A DNA stretch of 64,000 bases from an uncultured Gammaproteobacteria bacterium (GCA_964560005.1 CAZLKB010000001.1:221216-285215), one strand, 5' to 3'. Positions 38,045 to 47,478 are shown, numbered from the stretch's first letter. Notes: a model not told the origin generated them from the letters alone. Made by a program: numbers and translations.

Positions 38045-38189
38045 ATTTGTCTCTCAAGATGTAAAGCGACGATTGGTTTTTTATCTAGCTTCCCAAGGCC
38101 TTTCTCTTAGATTCTTAGCCGGAGTATTAAGGCGGCCATGCCGATTATAACCCCTTTACAAGCCGGGTAATAAAATATAGAATAAAACC

Positions 38190-39248
38190 ATGGATTTAAA
38201 TAGGCAAAATAAAGACAATAACCTGCCTACGTTGAAGCTTCGGCAGGCAGGGAAAACTGTTTTTTCCGGGGTTCAGCCCTCGGGTGTTTTACATCTGGGC
38301 AATTATCTAGGCGCAATTTCCCAATGGGTGGAAATGCAAAATCAATATAATTGCATTTTTTGCGTGGTTGATTATCACGCCATTACGGTAAAGCAGGCGC
38401 CTAAAGAATTGTCTAGGCGTATTTTGGATGTGGTAAAAATTTATTTAGCTTCGGGTATAAATCCGGAAAAGTCAGTAATTTTCCAGCAGTCGGATATTAC
38501 CGCGCATACTGAATTAGCCTGGATTTTAAATTGCGCCGCCGCCCGCATGGCTGATTTAAATAAGATGACCCAGTTTAAAGAAAAGGCCTGCCTGTCCGGT
38601 AGGCAGGGCGCTAACAAAGCGTCGGTCAGCGTCGGCTTGTACGACTACCCGGTGTTAATGGCGGCCGACATTTTACTCTATAATACCGATTTAGTGCCGG
38701 TGGGCGAGGATCAGGTTCAGCATGTGGAATTAACCCGCACTCTGGCGGAAAGATTCAACCGCGATTATGGCCAAATCTTTAAAGTGCCGGCAGTGGCGGT
38801 AAGAAAGCAGGGCGCGCGCATTATGGGGCTGGATGATCCGACTAAAAAAATGAGCAAGAGCGCCGGTTCCCCGGCAAATTATATCGCCTTGGTCGATTCA
38901 CCCGAGATAGCAGCGAAGAAAATCAAGCGCGCGGTCACGGATTCGGGAAAAGAAATCATGTTTGACCGAGAGAATAAGCCGGCCATCGCCAATCTATTGG
39001 CTATTTATTCATTCCTATCAGGTATAAAAATTGAAGAATTGGTAAAAAATTATCAAGGCCGGGGCTACGGCGAGTTTAAAGACGATTTAGCCGAAGCGGT
39101 AAAAAAGTTTTTAATGGAATTTCAGCTAAAGTATCATAGTTTTAAAGACGATGAAGTCAGGCAAATTTTAAAAGCAGGCGCGGCTAAAGTCCGGCCGATC
39201 GCCGAAGATACATTGAGAAAAGTAAAAGACAAGTTAGGTATTATATAA
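38190..39248 (+). CDS. trpS: tryptophan-tRNA ligase, with two small hairpin-derived insertions
   Basis: SGVQPSGVLHLGNY (HIGH-type), KMSKS, MTQFKEK and YPVLMAADILLY motifs. Confidence 0.9.
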   Translation: MDLNRQNKDNNLPTLKLRQAGKTVFSGVQPSGVLHLGNYLGAISQWVEMQNQYNCIFCVVDYHAITVKQAPKELSRRILDVVKIYLASGINPEKSVIFQQSDITAHTELAWILNCAAARMADLNKMTQFKEKACLSGRQGANKASVSVGLYDYPVLMAADILLYNTDLVPVGEDQVQHVELTRTLAERFNRDYGQIFKVPAVAVRKQGARIMGLDDPTKKMSKSAGSPANYIALVDSPEIAAKKIKRAVTDSGKEIMFDRENKPAIANLLAIYSFLSGIKIEELVKNYQGRGYGEFKDDLAEAVKKFLMEFQLKYHSFKDDEVRQILKAGAAKVRPIAEDTLRKVKDKLGII

Positions 39249-39277
39249 TTTTTTTATTATTGCGAGACGAAGTCTGC

Positions 39278-39474
39278 CGGATGCGGATGTTTGTTTTTCG
39301 CTTAAGACGAAATTTGGGTATTTTTTTTAAAATTATTCAATTAGGTAAAGACCGAAGTAGCCAACAGAAAAAATTGAATAATTTTAAAAAAAATTACTAC
39401 AATTTCACTCTGATCAGTTGTTTTGGCTCCGAGGAAAGCACCGAGGCGCTGCTCAAAACAAACATCCGCATCCG
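39278..39474. repeat. family-A long hairpin element, copy 2
   Basis: Outer 20-bp inverted repeat cggatgcggatgtttgtttt / aaaacaaacatccgcatccg. The core is near-identical to copy 1. Confidence 0.8.
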
Positions 39475-39503
39475 ACAATTATTAATTAACAGCTAAAGTC
39501 TAT

Positions 39504-40742
39504 ATGGCGAATCAATTTAAAAGCGCGATCAACCAATTGAATAAAACCGCCGGTTTAATGGATATAAATTACGATGAGCTGGAAATTTTAAGAATGCCGG
39601 ACCGCATAATCCAGGTTTCTTTGCCGGTGCTGATGGATAATGGGCGGATTAAAGTTTTCACCGGTTACCGGGTGCAATATAATAATATCCGCGGACCGTA
39701 TAAGGGCGGCATCCGCTTTCATCCTCAAGTGAATTTGGACGAGGTAAAGACCCTGGCTTTTTGGATGACTATAAAGTGCGCGGTAGCCGACATTCCTTAC
39801 GGCGGCGGCAAGGGCGGGGTGGCGGTTGACATTAAATTATTAAGTCCGGGAGAGCTGGAGCGCTTAACGCGCGCTTACGCCAGGGGTTTTGCGGATTTCA
39901 TCGGGCCGAATATTGACATTCCGGCGCCTGATGTCTATACCAATGCCCAGACTATGGCTTGGCTGATGGATGAATACAGCCACATTAAAGGCGAGAATGT
40001 GCCGGCCGTAGTGACGGGTAAGCCGGTGGAGATCGGCGGTTCCGCGGGGCGCGAGACCGCCACCAGCTTGGGCGGATTTTATATTTTAGAGCAGGTTTTA
40101 GAGAAGTTTAAGAAGACTAAGAGCCAGTCCGGCATCGCGGTTCAGGGGTTCGGCAATGTGGGCATGAATTTCGCCTTGATCGCTTACCGGGCGGGTTATA
40201 AAATTGTGGCGGTTTCGGATTCTCGGGGCGGCGTTTATAATAGCAAGGGGTTGAATCTGGTAGAGCTTTTATCATATAAGCAGGCGACCGGCAGCGTGGT
40301 TAACTATAAAAAGGCCGAGAATATCAGCAATGAAAAATTATTGGAATTGCCGGCGGAAATTATGGTTCCGGCCGCCTTAGAAAATGTCATTACCGAAAAA
40401 AATGCCGGGCGCGTTAAAGCCAAAATTATTTTAGAACTGGCCAATGGCCCGGTCAATCCGGCGGCGGACGAAAAATTGATTAAAAAAGGCGTTATGGTCA
40501 TGCCGGATGTTTTAGCCAATGCCGGCGGAGTTATCGGTTCCTATTTTGAGTGGGTTCAGAATTTCAGGCAGTATTATTGGAATAAAGAACGGTTTGACAA
40601 CCGGCTCAAGAGCCAAGTCATTGACGCTTTTAAAAGCGTTTGGCAGACTATGGAAACCCGCGGCAATTGCCAAATGCGCGATGCTGCTTACATGGTGGCG
40701 GTGGAAAGATTGGTCAAGGCGTTAAGGATTCGGGGAATCTAA
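39504..40742 (+). CDS. gdhA: Glu/Leu/Phe/Val dehydrogenase family (glutamate dehydrogenase)
   Basis: The GPYKGGIRFHP and PYGGGKGG motifs, with a GFGNVG Rossmann motif. Confidence 0.9.
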   Translation: MANQFKSAINQLNKTAGLMDINYDELEILRMPDRIIQVSLPVLMDNGRIKVFTGYRVQYNNIRGPYKGGIRFHPQVNLDEVKTLAFWMTIKCAVADIPYGGGKGGVAVDIKLLSPGELERLTRAYARGFADFIGPNIDIPAPDVYTNAQTMAWLMDEYSHIKGENVPAVVTGKPVEIGGSAGRETATSLGGFYILEQVLEKFKKTKSQSGIAVQGFGNVGMNFALIAYRAGYKIVAVSDSRGGVYNSKGLNLVELLSYKQATGSVVNYKKAENISNEKLLELPAEIMVPAALENVITEKNAGRVKAKIILELANGPVNPAADEKLIKKGVMVMPDVLANAGGVIGSYFEWVQNFRQYYWNKERFDNRLKSQVIDAFKSVWQTMETRGNCQMRDAAYMVAVERLVKALRIRGI

Positions 40743-40748
40743 AAATAT

Positions 40749-40846
40749 TGTCATTCCGGCCTTTAAGCCGATCCGCCCGCCTAGGGCGGGAGGCGAGCCG
40801 CCCCGCAAAGTGCGGGGTGGATTGCGGGTCAAGCCCGCAATGACAG
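40749..40846. repeat. REP-like composite palindromic element (tgtcattcc...gcaatgaca)
   Basis: tgtcattccggcc...gcctagggcgggaggcgagcc...gattgcgggtcaagcccgcaatgaca. It is nearly the same composite as 57797-57918. Confidence 0.8.
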
Positions 40847-40855
40847 ATAAATTTT

Positions 40856-41152
40856 ATGGATCTGCAAGACTTATTGACTTCAGCCAAAACGCAATCTTTT
40901 GATAAGTTTGAGCAAAAATTGGATTCTTTTGTTAGGCATCATTATAGTTTTCAAAATTTGAACGAAGCTAATCGCCAGGTAGTCTTAGATATTATTAAAA
41001 AGCGCTTACCCAATATCCATAATGGCACTGGCATTTCCGACCTGGTGCTGCGGCAGGAAATGTATCATCTTTTTGAGCATAGAATTGAGCTTAATTTAAC
41101 CGAAGGAGATTTAAAAGACATTAAAGAAATATTGGAGTTGTTTAAAAAATAG
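40856..41152 (+). CDS. hypothetical protein (98 aa)
   Basis: Backbone-composition ORF followed by a bidirectional terminator at 41169-41195. No motif recognised. Confidence 0.45.
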   Translation: MDLQDLLTSAKTQSFDKFEQKLDSFVRHHYSFQNLNEANRQVVLDIIKKRLPNIHNGTGISDLVLRQEMYHLFEHRIELNLTEGDLKDIKEILELFKK

Positions 41153-41206
41153 AATATAAATAAAAAAACTGCCAGCTCGGTGCCGGCAGTTTTTTGATGC
41201 TGAATT

Positions 41207-42628
41207 TTAGTTTAAGCTTTCCACATTAACGCCAAAACTCCAATCAACTTCCTTATAGCTATGTAATAAATTTTTGAGATAATTTTTAAGTTTGTTATAT
41301 TTATCTTGCGTTAAAGCCTCAAATTTAACGGTTAGATATGGGCCGTTTTGCGAATAGCGGACAACGAACATAGAGTCATTCATATCCAGCCTGACGCCGT
41401 CGCCCGCCCGCTCATCGTCAATTACTTCGGCCTGCGGGTAATCGGTTCGCAATTTTTCAGAGATTTTTTTGATTAAACCAACTTTTACATCTTCGCCGCA
41501 GCCGATTTTAATTTCCGGGCTGGAAATATATTTTGGCAGCTGGTCAATCGCCTGGGCTAAGGTTTGGCCGGTTCTGGATAAATAGCGCAAGAGTCTTAGA
41601 CTGGAATAAAGGCCGTCGTCATGATTATAAAAGTCCGCGGAGAAAAAGAAATGGCCGGACAGTTCGCCGATAAAAGCGGCTTTCACTTCCTGATTTTTCT
41701 TTTTTAAAAATGAGTGTCCGGTGCGCCACATAAAAGGTATGCCGCCGTATTTTTTAATCGTGTCCGGTACTACCTTGGAGCATAAAGTATTAAACATAAT
41801 TTTCGCGCCCGGGTGGTCTTTTAAAACATCAACGGCGAATAACGCTACTAGACAATCGTTCCAAATAATCCGCCCGTTATTATCCACGATACCAATGCGG
41901 TCGCCATCGGAATCAAAAGAAAAACCCAGATCGGCTTTTTCAGCCGAGACTTTCTTGCTCAATCTTTCACCGACTTTAATTTCGGTAGGATCAGGCGCGC
42001 CCAGAGGGAAAGACGGATCCAACTGACAGTTGCTTTCGATAACTTCGCAGCCGGCTTTACGCAAAAGTTCCGGCGCAATTTGACCGGCTGTGGCATAGCC
42101 GGCATCAACCACCGCTTTAAACTTTTTTTTGAGCGGCAAGCATTTTAAAATATCGCTAAAGTAGGCTTGCCTGATATCTTGAGCTTGATTTTTCCCTAAA
42201 GTTTTACCCGGCTCGTAGTCTTCTTGCTCAATCATGAACCGTAATTTCTGAATACTGTCAGCCACTAAAGTTTCGGAGAAGTCTATGGCGATTTTAAAGC
42301 CATTATATTCGGCCGGGTTATGCGACCCGGTAATGAAAGCTCCGCCTTTTATCTTTAAATAATATTGCGCCCAATAGAATGTTCCCACTAGATTCAAACC
42401 AATATCAACCGTGTCAACTCCGGCCCAGTTAAAGCCTTTGATTAGGCTGGCAGAATATAGCGGACTAGTCAGCCGGGAGTCTCGGCCCACCAGAGCCTTA
42501 GTAATGTTATGCCGTTTTAGATAAGTGCCGTAAGCTCGACCCAGATGTTCAACGATCTCCGGCGTCAAGTCTTTACCGGCGATGCCTCTTAAATCGTAGC
42601 CGCGGAAAATATTCGGATTTACTTTCAT
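41207..42628 (-). CDS. phosphomannomutase/phosphoglucomutase
   Basis: FITGSHNPAEYNGFK active-site loop and FDSDGDR metal loop. Confidence 0.9.
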   Translation of the reverse strand: MKVNPNIFRGYDLRGIAGKDLTPEIVEHLGRAYGTYLKRHNITKALVGRDSRLTSPLYSASLIKGFNWAGVDTVDIGLNLVGTFYWAQYYLKIKGGAFITGSHNPAEYNGFKIAIDFSETLVADSIQKLRFMIEQEDYEPGKTLGKNQAQDIRQAYFSDILKCLPLKKKFKAVVDAGYATAGQIAPELLRKAGCEVIESNCQLDPSFPLGAPDPTEIKVGERLSKKVSAEKADLGFSFDSDGDRIGIVDNNGRIIWNDCLVALFAVDVLKDHPGAKIMFNTLCSKVVPDTIKKYGGIPFMWRTGHSFLKKKNQEVKAAFIGELSGHFFFSADFYNHDDGLYSSLRLLRYLSRTGQTLAQAIDQLPKYISSPEIKIGCGEDVKVGLIKKISEKLRTDYPQAEVIDDERAGDGVRLDMNDSMFVVRYSQNGPYLTVKFEALTQDKYNKLKNYLKNLLHSYKEVDWSFGVNVESLN

Positions 42629-42652
42629 AGAGTTTAAAGTTATAAATCAGAA

Positions 42653-43792
42653 TTATTTTTTTAGCGTCAGCTTCAGGGTTAAGAAAATTCCGCCCAAGCC
42701 CCAAAGCATGGCGAGAAGCGACATAATTCGGCCGATAAAAGGCGGGGCAAAAATCAAATGAAGCGCGATAATGCCGACTACCATGCCTAAAATCAGGGAA
42801 TCTTTTTGTTGGGGCATCAGCTTATTTAACAGCCAGCGGCCGGTTAAAATACCCACTAAAATTTTGCTTAAATATAGAGCGATCAGCCAGAGCGCCATGA
42901 TTATGAGCGAAAGCGGGATGCCGATAATGGTAATTAATAAAATAATCGCTATAATCGGAGTCAACAGTAAAACCAGGATTCCCCAGCCCAGCGAAGCGTT
43001 GGCTCGGGCCAGCATCAGGTCGGTAATTTTAATGATCGGCTCGCGCCAAAAATTAATCAGAACCATGCCGATGACCAAGGCCGAAAATATGGAGATCAAT
43101 TTGCCCCACCAAGAAAAATTGATATCAGTGGATTTTTTGGCGGCGATAATCGGCAAGCGATGATTGGTTTTGCCTTTAATTACCGCGCCGTCTTCAATGG
43201 TAGCGTTTTTTTCGGAGGTATAGTTGAGGTCGCCGTTTATTTCGGCTGTGCCGGCGATAGCTAGAGGTTTTTCATAACCATTTCGCGCGCCGAAATTAAG
43301 GTTTATGTTTTTGCCGACTTTTCCGGCCAGGCTGGCTTTGCCCACGCTGCCGTGCAAGTCGCGGCCGATATCGCCTCTTAATTCAAAAGCATTGCCCAAG
43401 ACGAATAAGTCCCAGCCTATGCTCGAACTGGCCGAGGTGACAATGGTGGCGCCGAATGCCATGGCGTTTCGAGCAACTTGGCCGGTAAAATTAATCGTGT
43501 TGCCGGCCAGGCGCAGATTACCGCCGACTTGGCCGTTAATGTTAATGGATTGTCCGGCGCAGATAACATCGCCGGCCACTTGGCCGTTAATGTTAATGGA
43601 TTGTCCGGCGCAGATAACATCGCCGGTGACTTTTCCCTCAATGTTCAAGTTTGAGCCTACGGCGTAGAGATTGCCCTCTATAGTTTCGCCTTTGGGCAGA
43701 TAAACCGAATCGCCTTTTTTAATAGCATAAGCCGAGACGGTCAGTGGCAGAAGCAAGGCAATAAAACATACTGCGAGAATTGATTTTTTCAT
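42653..43792 (-). CDS. bactofilin-like repeat protein with signal peptide and C-terminal multi-TM domain
   Basis: Repeated G(D/N)V/L..G.SI.I.G.V beta-helix-like units as in polymer-forming cytoskeletal (DUF583) proteins. It contains an exact 51-bp tandem duplication. Confidence 0.65.
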   Translation of the reverse strand: MKKSILAVCFIALLLPLTVSAYAIKKGDSVYLPKGETIEGNLYAVGSNLNIEGKVTGDVICAGQSININGQVAGDVICAGQSININGQVGGNLRLAGNTINFTGQVARNAMAFGATIVTSASSSIGWDLFVLGNAFELRGDIGRDLHGSVGKASLAGKVGKNINLNFGARNGYEKPLAIAGTAEINGDLNYTSEKNATIEDGAVIKGKTNHRLPIIAAKKSTDINFSWWGKLISIFSALVIGMVLINFWREPIIKITDLMLARANASLGWGILVLLLTPIIAIILLITIIGIPLSLIIMALWLIALYLSKILVGILTGRWLLNKLMPQQKDSLILGMVVGIIALHLIFAPPFIGRIMSLLAMLWGLGGIFLTLKLTLKK

Positions 43793-43840
43793 AGGTTTAT
43801 GGTTAAATTTAGATGTTTTTAATATCGTGTTTTGTCTATT

Positions 43841-43954
43841 GGTGTCGGACAGCTGTTTGAGTTTTTCACTTAAGATGAAATCTGGGCGATTTTTCTTAAG
43901 GAAAAATCGCTACGATTTCATATGCGCTCAAAACCCAAACAGCTGTCCGACACC
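43841..43954. repeat. family-A hairpin element, copy 3 (short form)
   Basis: Outer 19-bp inverted repeat ggtgtcggacagctgtttg / caaacagctgtccgacacc. The core cacttaagatgaaatctgggcgatttttcttaag...gatttcatatgcgctcaaaac is related to copies 1 and 2. Confidence 0.75.
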
Positions 43955-43962
43955 TATTCATT

Positions 43963-45675
43963 ATGCCAAATCGCCAAGGAAAAAACAACCGGATTAAAGC
44001 CATAAGTGAATTGTTGAAGAAAAAAATCAATTCGCGCTATGAGCTCATGGCTTTAAAAAGAAAGCTGTCAAAAAAATACGGTTTTGAGATTTTAGCAAAT
44101 TCGGAGATTTTAAGTGAGTATAAAAAGAGGTTGAATGGAGGGGCGAGTAAGCGTTCGCCCGCGCTGGAAAAGATTTTGCGCAAGCGAACCGTTAGAACTA
44201 TGTCCGGCATAGCGCCGGTGGCGGTGTTAACTAAGACCTACCCCTGTCCGGGCGAATGCGCTTATTGCCCGACTGAAAAAAATGTGCCCCAAAGCTATTT
44301 GTCAAACGAACCGGCGGTGATGCGCGCAATCCGTTGCGGTTTTGATCCGTATAAGCAGGTGCGGTATCGGCTCCAGGCGCTCATTACCAACGGGCATGAA
44401 CCCACTAAGATAGAATTAATCGTTATCGGCGGTACCTGGAGTGTGTTGCCAAAGGCTTATAAGTATTGGTACATAGCACAATGCTTTAAAGCGGCTAATG
44501 AATATGGGAGGAAAATCTCGAATTTCGAATTTCGAATTTCGAATGAATTTTTAAATTCTAATTCTGAAATTAAAAATTTTAAATTCAATCAAAATTCAGA
44601 ATTAAAAATTCAAAATTTAAGAAGAAAATTATTAGTTGAGCAAAAAAGAAATGAGAATGCCAAATATCGCATCATAGGCGTTACCCTGGAAACGCGGCCG
44701 GACTATGTCAACGAAGAAGAACTTTTAGAAATGAGGGAGCTCGGGTGCACCAGGGTGGAAATCGGCGTGCAGGCGATTGATGATGAGATTTTAAAACTGA
44801 ATAAGCGCGGGCATGGCGTTAAAGCGGTGGCCGAGGCGACTAAGCTATTAAAAGATTACGGTTTTAAAGTGACTTACCATATTATGCCCGGCCTGCCCGG
44901 CTCAACCGCGAGAAAAGATTTGGCCATGTTTAAAAAATTATTTAAAGACCGGCGCTTTCAGCCGGATCAGATAAAATTTTATCCCACCGTGGTAACGCGC
45001 GGCAGTCTATTATATAAATGGTGGCGAGCGGGAAAGTATAAGCCATACTCGGATAAGGTTTTACAAAATTTAATCGTGGCGTGTAAAAAAATCGTGCCGC
45101 CGTATGTGCGCATTATCAGATTAATCCGCGATATTCCCAAAGAATCCATCGTGGCCGGCAATGTCATCACTAATCTGCGCCAGATGATGAAAGATCGGGG
45201 AGTGAAATGCAATTGCATAAGATGCAGAGAAGCGAAAGAGAAGCCAGAAGTAAGAATTAAGAAGTTAGAATTAAGAATAATAAAATATCAAGCGTCTAAT
45301 GGGATGGAATATTTTTTGAGTTATGAATCTAAAGACAATAAAGCGCTTTTTGGGTTTTGCCGATTGAGGTTGGTAACGCATAGCGTACAACGCATAACGC
45401 ATAACATAAAATCCCCCCAACCCCCCTTTATTAAAGGGGGTAAGATGGCGTTGATTCGGGAGCTGCATGTTTATGGCGAATTAGTGCCCATGGGTTCTCA
45501 GAAGAAGGTTCAGCATGCCGGGCTGGGCAAAATGCTGATGAAGGCGGCGGAACGGATCGCCAAAGACAATGGTTGTAAAAAAATCGCGGTTATTTCCGGC
45601 GTTGGCGTCAGAGAATATTATCGTAAGTTGGGCTATAGATTGGAGCATAGTTATATGGTAAAAAATTTGCTATAG
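43963..45675 (+). CDS. Elp3-like radical SAM plus GNAT tRNA-modification enzyme, with two repeat-derived insertions
   Basis: CPGECAYCP radical-SAM cluster motif and a C-terminal GNAT region (HAGLGKMLMKAAERIA). Confidence 0.85.
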   Translation: MPNRQGKNNRIKAISELLKKKINSRYELMALKRKLSKKYGFEILANSEILSEYKKRLNGGASKRSPALEKILRKRTVRTMSGIAPVAVLTKTYPCPGECAYCPTEKNVPQSYLSNEPAVMRAIRCGFDPYKQVRYRLQALITNGHEPTKIELIVIGGTWSVLPKAYKYWYIAQCFKAANEYGRKISNFEFRISNEFLNSNSEIKNFKFNQNSELKIQNLRRKLLVEQKRNENAKYRIIGVTLETRPDYVNEEELLEMRELGCTRVEIGVQAIDDEILKLNKRGHGVKAVAEATKLLKDYGFKVTYHIMPGLPGSTARKDLAMFKKLFKDRRFQPDQIKFYPTVVTRGSLLYKWWRAGKYKPYSDKVLQNLIVACKKIVPPYVRIIRLIRDIPKESIVAGNVITNLRQMMKDRGVKCNCIRCREAKEKPEVRIKKLELRIIKYQASNGMEYFLSYESKDNKALFGFCRLRLVTHSVQRITHNIKSPQPPFIKGGKMALIRELHVYGELVPMGSQKKVQHAGLGKMLMKAAERIAKDNGCKKIAVISGVGVREYYRKLGYRLEHSYMVKNLL

Positions 45676-45824
45676 TAAGAGTATGGAATATCCTTTATGA
45701 AAATTAAAATAGGAGAAAAAAATGAACAACTAAGTTATCATTGCCGGAAATTCAAATCTGCTAACGCAATAAATAATAAATTAATATTCTGGATTCCCGC
45801 CTGCGCGGGATGACAAAAAAGTGT

Positions 45825-47072
45825 ATGTTTGACTATAAAAATATTTACGCCCAAGACCCCGAAGTTTTGGCCATTATAAAAAAAGAAATGAAGCGGCAAA
45901 GCGAGGAAATGGAGCTGATCGCTTCGGAAAATTATGTATCTAAAGCCGTGCTGGAAGCTATGGGTACGGTTCTAACCAATAAATACAGCGAAGGTTACCC
46001 GGGGCATCGCTATTACGGCGGCAATCAGGTGATTGATGAAGTGGAAACTATTGCCATTGAGCGCGCCAGGAAATTGTTTAACGCCGAGCATGTTAATGTC
46101 CAGCCTTTGTCCGGTTCTCCGGCTAACGCGGCGGTTTACTTCGCTTTCATAAAACCGGGCGATAAAGTTTTGGGCCTGAGGCTTGACCATGGCGGTCATT
46201 TGTCGCACGGCCATCCGATAAATTTTTCCGGCATGTTATATAATTTTACGCAATACGAGGTGGATATGGCGACCGGCAGAATTAATATGGACAAAGTCCG
46301 TGAAATCGCCTTACGAGAAAAACCGAAAATGATCGTGGCCGGTTACAGCGCCTATAGCCGTGAAATTGAATGGCAGAAATTCAAGGAGATTGCCGACGAG
46401 GTCGGGGCTTTCACCTTTGCCGATATCGCTCATACGGCAGGTTTAATCGCGGCCGGAGAAATGGCTAATCCGGTGCCGATTTTTGATGTGGTTACTACGA
46501 CTACTCATAAAACTTTACGCGGCCCCAGGGGCGCAATTATAATGTGCAAAGAAAAGTTCGCCAAGCAGGTTGACCGGGCGGTCTTTCCCGGCATGCAGGG
46601 CGGTCCTCACGAACATATTATCGCGGCCAAAGCCGTGGCATTCGGCGAAAACCTACGGCCGGAATTTAAGCAATACGCGAAACAAGTGATGGCCAACGCC
46701 AAAACTATGGCCGAGGAGTTTATAAAATCAGGCTACCCGGTAATTTCCGGCGGCACGGATAATCATTTAATGGTGGTGGACATGACGGCTAAGGGCATCT
46801 CGGGCAAAGAAGCGGAAAGTATTTTAGACCGGTGTGGCATTTCGGTTTCCCGCTCCACCATTCCGAACGACCCGAATCCGCCGATGAACCCGTCCGGCGT
46901 GCGTTTCGGCACCCCGGCGGTTACTACGCGCGGCCTAAAACAGGAAGAAATTAAAAAGCTGGTAGTTTGGATTAACGCCGCCATAGAACATAAGGACGAA
47001 ATTGAAATGTTGGATAAAATTAAGGAAGAAGTTAAAGTCATGTGCTTAAGTTTTCCGATCCCGAGTATATAA
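45825..47072 (+). CDS. glyA: serine hydroxymethyltransferase
   Basis: NKYSEGYPGHRYYGG and TTTTHKTLRGPRG motifs. The alternative ATG at 45810 lies inside a REP-like element. Confidence 0.9.
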   Translation: MFDYKNIYAQDPEVLAIIKKEMKRQSEEMELIASENYVSKAVLEAMGTVLTNKYSEGYPGHRYYGGNQVIDEVETIAIERARKLFNAEHVNVQPLSGSPANAAVYFAFIKPGDKVLGLRLDHGGHLSHGHPINFSGMLYNFTQYEVDMATGRINMDKVREIALREKPKMIVAGYSAYSREIEWQKFKEIADEVGAFTFADIAHTAGLIAAGEMANPVPIFDVVTTTTHKTLRGPRGAIIMCKEKFAKQVDRAVFPGMQGGPHEHIIAAKAVAFGENLRPEFKQYAKQVMANAKTMAEEFIKSGYPVISGGTDNHLMVVDMTAKGISGKEAESILDRCGISVSRSTIPNDPNPPMNPSGVRFGTPAVTTRGLKQEEIKKLVVWINAAIEHKDEIEMLDKIKEEVKVMCLSFPIPSI

Positions 47073-47189
47073 TTTTTTTCTGTCATTCCCGCGAAGGCGG
47101 CTTGCCCGCCTTGGGCAGAGAATCCAGGCAATATCACCAAGTAATTATTATTTCCACCTTTTTATATTAGATGCTTCATTCGTGACGCT

Positions 47190-47377
47190 TCGCTAGGAAT
47201 TTCGCTCCGCTAGGGGTTACTTTTTCTAGAAAAAGTAACCAAAAAGTCGCTCGCTAGAGAAAAATTTAGGGATTTGGCCTAAAATTTCCAACAAAATTTT
47301 CATCGAAAACGACAGAAAGAAAATGTTTGTAAGTAAATTTTAGGCCAAATCTGATCCTAAATTTTTCTATGCTCGCA
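47190..47377. repeat. family-B long hairpin element, copy 1
   Basis: The core gtcgctcgctagagaaaaatttagggatttggcctaaaattt...aaattttaggccaaatctgatcctaaatttttctatgctcgca is shared almost exactly with 51758-51896. Confidence 0.85.
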
Positions 47378-47478
47378 TTATAAAATTCTCAAACTTCGGC
47401 CGCTTAATTCGTCTCCCAATCCCCCTTGGTGATTCTAAAACATAAGCAACAATATAATCAAGGCAACAGATAATTTAT

